Below the pieces are notes generated by a model. That model saw nothing but the letters and a program-made list of their open reading frames with translations. It ran no database searches and was not told the DNA's origin. Below, in pieces: positions 50,871-64,000 of a stretch of 64,000 nucleotides of DNA. Every line of letters starts with the position of its first letter. The stretch's first letter is position 1. The position numbers and the translations under genes are program-made. The stretch comes from Camelus dromedarius (taxonomy: Eukaryota), in NCBI RefSeq assembly GCF_036321535.1, contig NC_087436.1, forward strand, positions 26,104,001-26,168,000, given 5' to 3'.

Positions 50871-51549
50871 CCATCAATATTACCTCACTCTTTCCTCTCT
50901 AGAGATTTCATCTCTTGAATGTTTGACTTTCATGGACAGTATTATGCTATTTTGCATGCCTTTTTTCAAAGAGATTTTAATGTGTAAAATAATTCATGAC
51001 TTATTGCAATGTTTCCTGCAGATTGCAGGTGTACATCCTCTGTTTTATATCTTTGATACACTTTTAGAATATACTTTGTGAAGTAATCCACTTACAGTAG
51101 CATTACAAGATAAAATGACTTGATAGAAACTGCATGTAATCTTTGAAAAAACTTATTGGGAGTAATAGATGCTTGGAGTTAATATATAATTTCTTGTTTG
51201 GAAAAACCAACCATGATAAAATATAGATTTTATTAAAATATTAATTTTAATTTATATATGGTTTACAGATTATTGGAATGGTGGCTTAAATTCTTAGTTC
51301 TAAATATATACACATTTTAGTTAACATGGAGTCTAAGAACTTGATGATCCTATTATTGAATAATGTGGGTTATGCAAAACTGAATACTAATCCATATTAT
51401 TGAATGGCTAGGTAAAGTCATGTCTTAAGAGAACCTGTGTCACTAACACATTCCAAGTATTAGTTCAAAGGGTAGCATTCTATCATCTTGTTGAATAAAT
51501 ACTCAAGTATTACATTTTGGTCTTGAGTAGGTAAATGGGGATAGAATTT

Positions 51550-52500
51550 AGTGACCAAGTAGAAGGGATTTATATTGTAGGTGTAAAGAAAGTTTGGAAG
51601 TATTAGGAGAAAAGGAAGTAGATACAGGGTAGATCAAGTTAGATGGATATATGTGGAGGTGAGAGCTTGTGAACATTTCTTCTTAATCTTGTGGAAATAG
51701 CAAGCAAAATCATCAGCTGAGGGTGAAAATGGTTGAACTGGTAGAGGACAGAGAAGAAAATATGGATTACTAATCTAGAATAGTTCAATAGTAAGTAGAC
51801 TATAAATATTATGAATGCTGGGCAAAAATAAAGATCTCCTTAAGTTAATTATTATGAATTTAAAATAAGACTTGTCAGTAGTATGTTTTTGTTCAGCCAC
51901 GTACCTACCAAGAAATAGGTAGAATGCTGGTTGTAAGGTTTTATTTTACCTTCACAAGTATAATAAAACAATGCAGGCAAGGAAGTTATAATTACTAACT
52001 AAACATTTAAATTTTTTAAAGAATGAAGTGAGACAACGTGTTTGGTAAAAGACAGATAAAGGAGAGAGGATCAAAGGACAATAATTTACAATAAACATGA
52101 TCAAAGCTTGTTGAAGTTAATTATCCTAGGGAATGAGATGGAAACTGGATGCAGTTAGTCAGAGTTAAATAGCTGAAATCAAGAGTTTGAAAAAAATCAG
52201 TTTGCTGTTGATCGAGTGGCCATATTATTTATCACAAAATCTGTTACACTTTAGCACAGGATATATTTAATGTATATTCATCCAACATATTGGTCTGAAG
52301 CACATGATTATTAGAGTAGAAGTCTGAATTGGACGATTGGAGGACAGAAGGAAAGAGACAGTGATAATCAGCTTTGCAAAGATTAGGCACAGTTAAACCC
52401 ATTAATGATGAAGACAGAGTTGTCTTGGAGAGAGAGACTGAGTCTAAAGCGAATATCTTCAAAGGAAGAGTGAGAGATCACATAGATTATTAGATGATCG
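51550..52500 (-). mobile_element. L2 fragment
   Basis: gaaatagcaagcaaaatcatcagctgagggtga and purine-rich antisense L2 signature. Confidence 0.6.
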
Positions 52501-53509
52501 CAACAAGCACAGAGAGTGAATTGTGTAAAATTAAGAGCTGGGAGTGTCAATTTTTGTTTTTGTTTTTTAACTACTATACACTCAATATCTGTCTTCATTA
52601 CTATAATTCAATAAAGAAAAACACAATATTATATTCATGGTTGCAACGTTGGCACCAAATATTATAAGTGCTAATGAATACTTGCTGAATAAATGAATCA
52701 ATTAGATCAAACATTATATATGAATGTATAATTTCCATGTGATGCCATAAATATATTGAATTAAAATTCCTAATAATGAAAGTATTTTCAAAAATGGAAT
52801 ACTTTTATGACATGATATTGATTCAATTTTAAATTGTAAAAGTATCTGTTTTTCTTTCATAACTATGCTACAAAAATCATAAATTGAAACCACCTATTTG
52901 AGGCAAATCAACTTTAGGCATTACCGGGTTTTTAATGGAATTGCATTTGTCTCAATGGAGTTAAGGTAAGCATGGCAAGATGCAATCTTTTGAAAGGATT
53001 CTACTACAGAATCTTGTATAATACTGGTGCCTAGTAATTTTCAATTTTAACACTGGACAACATCATTATACTATTAACATGTGCTATCAGTCCTACTACA
53101 TTAATAATGAAAAATGACCTTTTCCTTCTAGAACTAGATAACCACTCATAAGACAAACAAGAATGTTTTCTTAATGGTGCCCAGATTCACCTCTTCACTG
53201 GTTACATTTACTTAAAGGATTAGGATGAGTTTTTACTTGTAATATTTTCTCTTGTTAATAATTATGGAATTGTGGCAATGGGGCGTGTGGGTATCTGACA
53301 TAGCATTTAGATACATAGGTCAATAGTTTCTCCTTTAAGAACCCAAACCCATCCCCCCAAAACAGTTCTTCTTTTGCTAAGAAGAGGACCACTACATCCA
53401 TTAAAACAACATAAAAAAGGTTCTGGTATCAAACTTCATATTGTTTAATTATTTCAAACTATTTCTTAGAGACTAAAGTATCTCCTTGGATAAACTTTGG
53501 TTTTTACAG

Positions 53510-53533
53510 GAAGTAAAGTGAATGAGAAGCTCA
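53510..53533 (+). CDS. Candidate 24-nt frame-preserving microexon (xSKVNEKLx, phase 1-1)
   Basis: Acceptor ctttggtttttacAG and donor TCA|GTGAGT. Only the phase-1 frame lacks a stop. Lies in a long repeat-poor stretch. Confidence 0.35.
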
Positions 53534-56500
53534 GTGAGTGTCCCTTTGTGCCCTTCACCCTTCATTTTACAAGAGAAGCTTCACATAGATCTGTTTCAAA
53601 TGAAAGTTTCACTTATTTATGTCAAAATATTATCTTGTTTAATGTTTCTTTATGACATTTGTTTTCATTTCCTTTATTCCCAGTGCTGTATGTTTAATGT
53701 TAGGTTGACTGTCAAACTCTTCAATTTATCATAAATAAAGGACTTATTTTGGCTGTTTCTTTATTCTACTGTTGCTGATATATTGCCTATGAATTCTAAG
53801 AACTTGGCATGTTTAATTTGAAATAGATGTAGTTTGTAAGATAAATGATAGCTTCCTCATAAGTGTGAAGAGCTGTATTGTTGAACTTGAAGCAGATTTA
53901 CTCTGATTCTTTCAAGAGATTAGAATTATGTTTAGCAAGTAGAAGTTTCAGGGGCCTGCTTTTAGCTTTATACAGCAAATGATAAGTGTTTTTTAATATA
54001 GTACTGCAGAAAAAATGGGGTACATGGATAGTGGGTTCTATGTCACTGTATCTATTCTGCATGGATGTATGGGGACTTTATTGAATCCATGGTTAGAGAA
54101 TTTCAAAGATTTCCTCTAAGACTGTAAGAGTTGTCTTCATATAAATTAGATTATTTAATTATTTGTATGATTATGTTGATTCATTTAATTTGATTTTACA
54201 GATTATAGACAGATATAAAAAGCTCATTTGCTTTTCTGATAAAAAGAAAAGTCTAAACCCTTATGTTGATTACTGGGTTGTTAATTTTATTACGTGTGCC
54301 TCAATTTATTTGGACATATTTTAAGGCTGAAATGGGAGTAGATTTTTAAAATTAATATTTTTCATAATACATTGATGTTTGCTTACTTTAAAGGAATAAA
54401 ATCCTATTTGTATAAAAATGGAATGTTATCTTAAAAATTTGTATTTTGCTTCAAATATTCAATTTAAATAAAGAACATCTTTAAAATTTGATTCAGTCAC
54501 CAAAATAGGTCTTAAGAAGCAGTAAAATAAGTCCCAAGTGAGAAAAATTATTTTGCTACTGTTGTGTTACTTCCTTGATATTTTACTGAAATTCATAAAA
54601 GGGAGCTTGACTTCTAGCATGCTCCCCGGGATGCTGTGAAGCCATAAACCAAAGAACTATTAGTTCTTCCAGGATGGCAGTGTGTAGACAATCATCTTGT
54701 TTAAGTTGGCACAGCTCACAATAGTCAAGCATTCTCTGAATCTGTGTGCTATCAAATCCATATGATTTAAATCACTATGTTTAAGTAATAAACACATTTC
54801 TTTCTGGAGCTAAGGCTTGACAGAAACTCTAGATACAAGATCATTTACCTCCAAGAGGTTGCTTAAGCAAGCAATCAAGGGAGTCAATGACATGGACATA
54901 GAGTCCATTAATACTCTACGAAATGATAAGAAAGTGGAGATCTCACCAATGATATATTTTTACATGTGTTTGTGACCAGGGTATCCTCCAGAATATAAAA
55001 GTACTAAAATCCACTGTTTGGGATTACAGTCACTCCTTTTAGTCACTACCAGAATGATACTTTTTAAAAAGTGTTTTATTTGAATTTTAAGCTTTTAATA
55101 GAAAGGATAGTACAGATACCAAAACAGTTAAAAAAGATAAATTTTGAGGTACCAGAAAGGTATATAATTTTCAGATTTTATCAGACTCAGCAGCCAGCCG
55201 GTCTGAGAAATGAATGTGTGATCTCCAATAATTAAAATGCTTCACAGAAGCAAAAATAATAAATTCATTAGAAAAGTTATATTTTGGAATGATAGTGATA
55301 TAATTTATTCTGTCAGTGAATGTTAAAGAATATTTTCTCCAAATGAACACATTCTCATTATTTTTATATGAAAATAATACAATTTTTCTTTAAAATGTAT
55401 TACAAATTATTTTAAGCTACACATTTTAATAGTGAAGTGGCTAAAATACTGTATACTCAGCAATAGTTGTGTTGTTTTAAAATATTTGAGTGCTTCTATG
55501 GGCATTTTCATATTAATTTATGTGTAGTCTATGATTTATTAATTCATGTTTAAATTAATTAAAAAGCATATTTTAGTAACTTATTTATGTATATACTTAC
55601 CATTTTTTCAGTATACTTACCATTTACTCACTGGATTATTTGATAATCCAGTTTATATCAATCTTAGACAACAAGATAAATGTGATTGGAGTTTTGGTCA
55701 AAGAGAAAAATCATTAGCATGTAGACCAGGAAAACAATGAAATAATTTTAACTTTTTTTCAGTTAGATAAAATGATTTATCTTAATTCCATATTAAATAC
55801 CATTGAGGGATATATATTTGAACTGAGTTATGTCATCCAAGTTTTCAAGCTGGTGTGAAGTCAAAAATCTGGGGCATTAATTTGACCTTTCTCTACCTTT
55901 ATTTAAGATTTGATTTTTTTTTTTTAGCATGGATATTTAAGACATATGAGAAGAACTGAAACTGATGATATAATTATGAAAAGTGAAACTTCTGAAAAAA
56001 GTAATTCATTTTTCTTATGAGTTAATAATTCTAGATATTTTAAAATATTTTCTACTGTTTATTTTTAGTAGAACCATCATTGATTTCATTTGTATCAAAA
56101 CCATTGCAATAATCTGCTTAAAATTAAGAATCTTCTCTAGATAGACAGACATTGATAAGTAGATACTGTGTGGTCAACAAAATAGGAAGTGATGCAAAGT
56201 CCAGTGGCAAACATTATGGAGTACTAAGCAGAGGGGAAAAAAAGTTAGGGTCAGTGATTCCATCTACCATACACCTATAACATCCTGTCAGTGGTTATTT
56301 TAAATTTCAAGGATAAACATATCCAGGGTAAGGTGAATATAGATTTATTGCTCTGAATAAAAACATGACTCTATAGCACAAAAGGAGATTGGTCGAAATC
56401 TTCATTAGAATTTCAATTGAACATAATCCTTTGCAATTAACATCACTGCATATAGGAAAAGTCCCAAGTATATAGATAATGAGTATGGCCAAGCAGTTTA

Positions 56501-56919
56501 CAAATGCCTTTACAGTTAAGGTACTGAACCTAACAATGATTAAAACATGAATTATATGGCTCTTTTACTCCAAGGAAATATGCTACTTAATTTTGCTACA
56601 GGAAGCTAAATTTTAATAAGTATCCTTCAATAATGAAAATAAATATCAATTTAATGTTAAACAAGCATTAAAGATATATTAGCCCTTTGCAGTAATTGTA
56701 ACAGTTTACAGTACAAGATCCCAGTGGGTTATGTCATTATTGTCATTGTTATTGTTACTCCATTTTTCCAAGGGAAAAAGAAACACAGCTGAAATAAATT
56801 ACTTGTCTAAGGTCAACGTTTTACTACTGTATTGATGCAAAAGTTAAAATAGCAAAATACACTTAAAGCTATAGTAAAGTTTTAAATCAATTTAGTAAAA
56901 AGCTGCATTCATAATTAAA

Positions 56920-57460
56920 TATTTGATAATAGTTGAATGTGAGGAAATAGGCACTACCATGTTGGCCATCTAGGATTATTTATAAAATTGAACATGCACA
57001 TATTCTTTCGTGCAACAATTTTTCACATGTTTACTATCAGTTGCATCTAAAGATGTTAATTAATTAAAATTCTTTACAGTATTATTTGTAATAACACACG
57101 AAATGTAGATAACACAAGTATCCTTTAATGGAAGGATAAATTATTAATGGGCAATCTGTACTCTAAATGATTGTGCTCTACTATTGAGGTACAAGATCTT
57201 TCAGATATATTGCTAACTAAATTAAACAGGAAACTGAAAATATGGAAAGTACATTCCATCCTGTATAAATGAAACATATGATTATAGGTAAATGTTATGT
57301 ACTGATACATATGATCTTTTTGATGGTGATTATGTTTTGAGAGTGGAATTATGGGTCTGGGTTGAGAAGATGGCTCACTTGTTTATATACATTTTTAAAA
57401 TTTTAGTTTTTAATATGTGGAAGAGTTATTTCTTGATAGAAAAGAAAATAATAATTTATA
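56920..57460 (+). mobile_element. Ancient L1 3' fragment
   Basis: gaatgtgaggaaataggcact...attatttgtaata...ggataaattattaatgg. Confidence 0.5.
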
Positions 57461-57489
57461 AAAATGATTATAGTGTTACTATACACTAA

Positions 57490-57710
57490 ATACCATACTT
57501 AAACTTTATATTTACATGTAATCTAATCCTCAAACAACTGTGTAGAAGGTACCATTATTACCTTAGTGGTACAGATGAGATAAAATAGAGGGAAAGAGAC
57601 GTTGAACAAATAACCACCATTTGTATAGCTAGAAGCTATACAATGTTGGGTTGAGAAGTCCAGGAACGTATCATCCCCAAGTTTGTACTCTTAAATACTT
57701 CACTCTAATT
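57490..57710 (-). mobile_element. MIR
   Basis: taatcctcaaacaactgtgtagaaggtaccattatta...tacagatgag. Confidence 0.75.
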
Positions 57711-59379
57711 TCCAAAATCAAAATATCTAATGTGGAAGAACAGAGCTCATGTGAAAAGCTTCTGACCTAATTTTCATTTGACCTTATTTGCCTTACATTT
57801 ATACATGGAAGGAACACATGATTTTGTATATATTTGAGATAAATTAACCTCTGGGGAAATTTAAGTAATTCTTTTGTCTGTAGTTGTAATCAGAGTATTT
57901 AGTTCTTTTAAGAGAGATACGGAAGGACTGATAATGACTTTCAAACCTAAGACTCTCATTTCTGACATGACCTTCTTTGAAATGTCTTGATTTGTGTTCT
58001 TATGACTGTCCAATCCTAGTGCAAAGAACTCAATATATGTTTGTCCTGGAACAAGTAATCATTTTAAATATAAAGTATTTTTATTTCCTCTATAAAAGAA
58101 AAACATTTTGACATGTGTATCTGTTCTTAAAAGCTCATCTTAGTAGTGGAAGTGTCTGTGAAAAAAAACAGATAGCTGTGAATCTAAATATAGAATCAGA
58201 TTCAGTCTTTACAATGTAAAGGTTGGAAATGTGCTACTGCTCAATACGTAAAACTATAATTGATAGCGCTATGTGTTATAGAAATTGTGTAAACTGAATT
58301 TAATGCTACTATTTCTCTCAAGAAGATGCCTATTATTTATAGCCACATGTGTTGCACTGTATTTTTCTTATGTGAATATGTCTATATGTGACTTATACCT
58401 CCAAAGAAAAGTCAATAAAAGGTATACTTAGTTTTTGTTTGTTTCCTTCTTTCTTATTGATAGATATAGTATCTCAAGACACAAAAGTACTGCTATTTAA
58501 AAGATAAAAGAAGAGCAAAGTTTAAAGTAATTTCAGCTAAAACAATTCAATTGATTTAATGTGAACCCAAATTAAGCATTGTATTCTATGGAAATAAATG
58601 ATAATAAAATAATTATCCTAAAGAAAAATAGTTTCAGTTTGTTTTCCAGAAAACAGGTTATATCCATCCCCAATTTCCTTCCTAGTCACCATAATCTCGT
58701 ATGAATTAAATTGGGATAAATAATCCCATATGAATTTCACAGAATTATGATTATGTTAAAAGAATTTAATTGAAAAAAATTATATTTATTATGTTATATT
58801 TCCTCAGATAGAGCAATGTATTCATATATTTTCAGCAATAGGAAGTGAAATAACTTAAAACTGTTTTAATTAACTAAAAAAAATCATTAATCAAACACTC
58901 TGTTTTTCCAATTATTCAGGTTTTTTGGTATTTCTCCACAGAATTGATAATGAACATCTGGTATTATATGGTTAATGAGTGTGAAATGATATTGAGTTTC
59001 TTTTTCCCTAGGGCTCTTATGTCTTTTTTGTACCCCTACTAGGGAAATAAATACATAAAATCATAGCCATTTGTGATGCTGTGCTATGATTAATGTGAAA
59101 CAGTCACACTGATCTTATCAGTGTTTCCTTTACTGGTATATTTTTCAGAGTTGGAATAATTCTTATGGATTTAATCTACATGACTACCAAATATGTTAAA
59201 ATAAAATCCAGGGATATGAAATAGTAGAGCACTATTATATTTTTCCATCTTCCATGTAGAGATTGTTAGAAGAGAGAATCTTATAATTAAACTGTGAAGA
59301 GATTTGGGATTTTAATTCAAAGATATTTGGTTATGCCTTTTCATGGAAGAAGAATACTGCAGATTTATTTATTGGGTAA

Positions 59380-59590
59380 GAAGGTAATGGGCAGCAAAAA
59401 GGGTGAAGAAATAAATATTTTTGAATACCATGTGCTTTAAAATGCCTGAAAATATTTTATCCTCATAACATTTATTTTATATTTTCCAGTTTAAAATTGA
59501 GGAAATTTAGGTAACAAGTTAAGTATCTTGTCCATAATCACATACAGAATAAGAGGAAGATTTGACCCAACACTGTTTAACTTCAGAGCT
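59380..59590 (-). mobile_element. MIR
   Basis: atcctcataaca...tgaggaaatttagg...gttaagtatcttgtccataatcaca...gatttgaccca. Confidence 0.7.
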
Positions 59591-60269
59591 ATTTTTGTTG
59601 TTGTTACTTGTTTCTCTTGATAGCTCATATTTAAAATAGCATGGATTCCAGGAAAAGAGATTTAGAGTAGGAAACAAACAAAGGGTTAGAAACAGTGCTA
59701 AGTGTATGTGGCTATTTAAAGTATAATAATAAAAAAAAAAACGTTGTTTTAAATTGAACATTTCGTAAATGCTTTAGTAAAATTAGTAGCCAAATGTTTC
59801 CCTCAGGTTGGTTGAGGACCATATGCAGGACTACCAGGGTTATTTTTTAAAGGTATATTCTGGTTTCTACATCAGATCAATTAATCAAAACCTTTGGTAT
59901 TGTAATGTAGTCATTTAGAGATGATAAAAGTAGTTCTCTAATTCACTGCTTAAAAACAAATACACACTAACAAGAACAGATTGTCAATTCTAGCAAGTCA
60001 TTAAAAATTATTATTAACTCTATATTTATAGTTAACTGATGATGCCTATGAAATATTATTGAGCAAAAAAGATTATGGCATTGAATAAAAACACACATTA
60101 GTAAAACTGTACATACATGTTTGAGTTTCAATATATAAAATTGGTATGTTGAACAAACATGATTAATGAACATAATAAATACATATTTTATTCTTGTCTT
60201 CTAATAGGTATTCTAGTTGTGGTAATCTTTCTCTGACCCTGAATAAAAACTTGGCTAGGGTTTGTAATA

Positions 60270-60800
60270 TTTTGCTTACTTTCATTTAACACACAATCTT
60301 AAAGTCATTAAAAAATATGAAAACACAGTCTCAATCAAAACCTCAGTAGAATATGAAGCAACACTTCAACCTTCATTGAAATTTAAGTCCTTCTCTCCTA
60401 TCTGCAACTAAAGCCAAAGTTTGAGGAGAACCTGTGACGGGAGAAGTTGTGATGGGCCTTTCCCTTTTTTCTCAAATCTGACTCATTGGGTTGCTAACTG
60501 AAGCTTCAGTGCCTTTGGAGCTAGCTTATGGGGAAGGAGAAACTGCAAGAGAAGGGACAGGGCATTTTCTTAATTGCTGATGGCTTTCTGCTTTGGGGGG
60601 CTGTCAGTGTTTAAAGTTGATTTCTCTCTTTGGTGCTTTTGGGCTCATTAGGTGCTTTTCTGTTCCACCCCTTTTGTTCCACTTTAGCCCAGTTTTTCTG
60701 GTTGTCTACTTCTCCAGTATTCTGGTTGTTCGAGTCCTCTGGTTCCACTTCTGCTGGGCAGTGGTTTCTTTACACAACCTTTTCACTAACAGTTTAAAAA
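60270..60800. mobile_element. Possible very old LTR, family unresolved
   Basis: GC-richer island with LTR-like composition; termini not recognisable. Confidence 0.25.
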
Positions 60801-61499
60801 ATGTAGGGCCTTTATCTTTCTTGGACAAAAGAAAGACATTTGTTTTCCTTTTCTGGTTTATTATCATTATTGCTTCATTATTTATAAATTTTTACATGGA
60901 GAACTGTTTTATACACATTTATGATGTAATATCTATAGTATTGGTATATCAGAGAGAAATGAGATAGTCTTATTTTTGTAAGGTGATATAAATGTATATA
61001 ATTATGTGTGAATTCAGAGTGAAAGGGAAAATGAAGAAAAAATAAGGAAAGCATGATTGTTTAGTTATCTTCTGATGATATTGAATATTATAAAACATTT
61101 TAAGTGCTTAAAAACTTCTTTTTCCCATGACCAATTTCAAACAATGATTCTTAAAAGAAAAAATGAAATTATGTTAAATGGATCTTGTAAGAATCCAATT
61201 AGAGGCATATATCATTTGTATATTGTTTTATCCTCCTTTCTTAGATGTGTGCTCATTGATGACATTTACCATATAAATAAGTACACTCACCAGCCACATC
61301 TCTGTGGAATATTTTAATCAAATATGGAGCATAGTTACCTAAGCAATATAATATGACTATTTTCAGCACAATAGTTTTTCTTTCCTCCTCCTTCTTGTAA
61401 AAATGTGATTATTTAAATGAAAGTAACTCAGTTTCTAAAAGTTTGTTTTTATGACTACAAACAATGCTTCCCTCCTTCAAAATTATACATGATATACTT

Positions 61500-64000
61500 G
61501 AATAAGTTGTTACATATAATAAAATACCTAGAGCAAGTGCTTTAAAAAAGCTATAGAAAGAGATGCCCTTAAAACACTACGAATAAATAAAAATGGAATT
61601 CTAAAAAGTATTGTCACCCACAGAAAGGCAGGAAAAGGAAAATAAAAATGAAATTTAAAAACCCACAACAAACAGAAAACAAAGAAGAAAACGGCAGACT
61701 TAAGCCCTCACATAAATAATTACATTAAATGTAAATAATCTATATACATCACTTAAAAGAAAGTGATTGCTAGAGTGGACAAAAGTTAAGCAAACAAACA
61801 AAACTCACAAATAGCTATCAATGAATGCTATGCTGTCCCTAAGAATCTCACTTCAAATATAAAAGTGTATCAGTACAGATCAGTTGAAAGAAAAGAAATG
61901 CAAAATGATGTAACATGTAGACATTAATCAAAAAAATATTAGTTACAGATAAAGAAGAATTAAAAGCAAAAAAATTATCAGAGGCAGAAAAAGACATTAA
62001 ATATAGATAAAAATAAGACAATCCACCAAAAAGACATAGTAGTCAGAAGTATTTATGTACCAACAACAGAGCTTCAGAATACTTAAAGCAAGAACTGATC
62101 AGTTTATAGTAAAAATTTAAAAATCCACTATTATAGTAAAAGAACAATCCCTCACCCAGAAATCACTAGAACCACTAGATACAAAATGATCAAGGGTTCA
62201 GAAGAATTGAACAACACCATCAATCAACAGAATCTAATTGACATTTATAAATAATTCCACCCAACAGCAGTAAAATACACATTCCTTACAAATGCTCATG
62301 AACTATTCAACAAGATAGATCATATCATGTGTCATAAATCACACCTTGACAAACTTAAAAGAATTGAAAATACGGAGTATGTTTTTTCACCATATTGGAA
62401 ACAAATGAGAAATTAATAGTTGAGATATAATAGAAAAATTGCAAACATTTGGAAATGAAATAACATATTTATAAATGATGCATGGGTAAAAGAGGAAGCC
62501 TTAAGGCTAGTAAAAAAATTACATTGAAAGAAATGAAAGGGAAAATTTAGCATATCAAAATTTGTGGGATATACCTAAAGCAGTACTGAGAGGAAAAATT
62601 TTAACATTCAATATTTACATTAAAAATAATATGAAGTCAAGAATCTAAGCTTCCACCTCAAGAAAGCATAAAAAGGAGAGCAAAATACAATGAAAGCAAA
62701 CCAAGGAAAGAAGAAACAAAGATAAAAGATCAGTGGACTTTAAAATTAAAAAAAAAAAAAAACTTAATGAAGTAAAGATGGTTTGTTGAAAACATCAGTA
62801 AAATTAATAAAAATCTAGCAAAAGTGACAGAGAAAAAATGATCAATATTCAAGAATGGAAGAGGGGACATTGCTACAGATTCTATGGGTATCAAAAGGGT
62901 AATAAGGGAGTAATATAAACAAATCTATGCAAATATGACAACTTAGATAAAATAGGCCAATTCCATGAAAACCACAAACTATCAAATTATACGCAAGTTG
63001 AATTAGATAATAAGAATAATTCTGTAGTTATATAAAATTATATTTATAGTTTAAAAATCCCCAAAAAAGAAATTAAAATTTAAGAAGTTTTGCTCTGTGA
63101 AGTATTTTCTTAAAAGGATGAAAACACAAGCTACAAAGCAAGAGGAAGTATTTGCAAATCAAATAACCAACAAAATACTTGTAACCAGAATATACAAAGA
63201 ACTCTCAAAACTCAACAGTAAAATAAAAACCATCCAAATAAAAGATGGTCAAAAACATGAACAATGAACAGACCTCAGAGAGCATATACATATGGCAAGT
63301 AAGCACATGATACAAAATTTAACCTCATTAGCTTTTAGAGAAATGAAAATTAAGACCATGTTGAGATATTATTACACACCTACTAGAATTACATATATAC
63401 ATATACAGAAACACACATACACAATACAGTGCAAAGTGCTGGCAAAAATATGGAGAACCTACCCCTCATATAGTGTTATAGAATGTAAAATGGAGCAGTA
63501 ACTATGGAAAATGATATGGTGGTTTATTATTAAATTAAATACGCTCTCCATGGCCATGCAGTCATACTCCTGAGAATATATTCTAGATAAAGACTATGAA
63601 AACTATGTTTATACAAAAACCTGTACATTAATTATCACAGTAGCTTTATTTGTTATGACCAAAAACTCAGAGCAACTGGAATCTTGCTTTCAAGTGAATG
63701 AGTTCACAAATTGAAGTATACCCATACAATGAAATACTATTCTACAAAAATAAGAATGAACTATTGATGCACATAGCAATATGGATGAATCTCAAAATAA
63801 TTATGCTGAGTGAAATAAGGCAAAGAAAAAAAAAGAATACACACTTTATGGTTCATTTATACAAAACTTTAGATAGAAAATACGCACAAAGTATGCCAGT
63901 GCTTGTTGTTCTCATGGTTGTCATGAGAAGTGGGAGAGGGACTGTCAATGGCATGAGAAAGACACAGCAATATTGTTTAGGAACACAAATCATGTAAAAA
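61500..64000 (+). mobile_element. Old L1: spacer, ORF2 endonuclease region, large internal deletion near 63075, ORF2 end and 3' UTR
   Basis: taattacattaaatgtaaat (ORF2 start), ctaattgacatttata..., then a jump to tttgcaaatc...ccagaatatacaaagaactct. ORF 63292 reads MASKHM...SLAFREMKIKT. Confidence 0.88.

Noticed and set aside
54200..54325. Acceptor ttttacAG followed by a 40-codon frame
   Set aside because: No good donor, unrecognised peptide, and expected by chance in AT-rich DNA.
361..63997. Remaining short ORFs in the supplied track
   Set aside because: Mostly TTG/GTG starts, antisense L1 or low-complexity F/L/I-rich frames, none with support as genes.

Overview
AT-rich, CpG-poor mammalian genomic DNA. 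It is probably cetartiodactyl and possibly camelid, judged from the L1 UTR style and the absence of Alu, Bov-A/BovB, PRE-1 and SINEC. The window is dominated by decayed interspersed repeats: several L1s (including a near full-length old L1 interrupted by a younger L1 that lacks ORF1), L2, MIR, MaLR/ERV-L LTRs, a decayed ERV-L pol-dUTPase internal region, hAT MITEs and microsatellites. No intact protein-coding gene is present, and the ORF track is almost entirely repeat-derived or chance ORFs. Two frame-compatible plus-strand microexon candidates (25 nt at 35525 and 24 nt at 53510) suggest the window lies inside the introns of a large gene I cannot name. The most notable item is a ~360-bp polyadenylated, TSD-flanked retro-insertion (30240-30599, minus strand) inside an L2. 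Its frameshifted translation shows a colinear series of motifs resembling the C-terminal half of bornavirus nucleoprotein, making it a candidate endogenous bornavirus-like N (EBLN) element. All repeat family names are by-eye recognitions with approximate boundaries; no database search was run.
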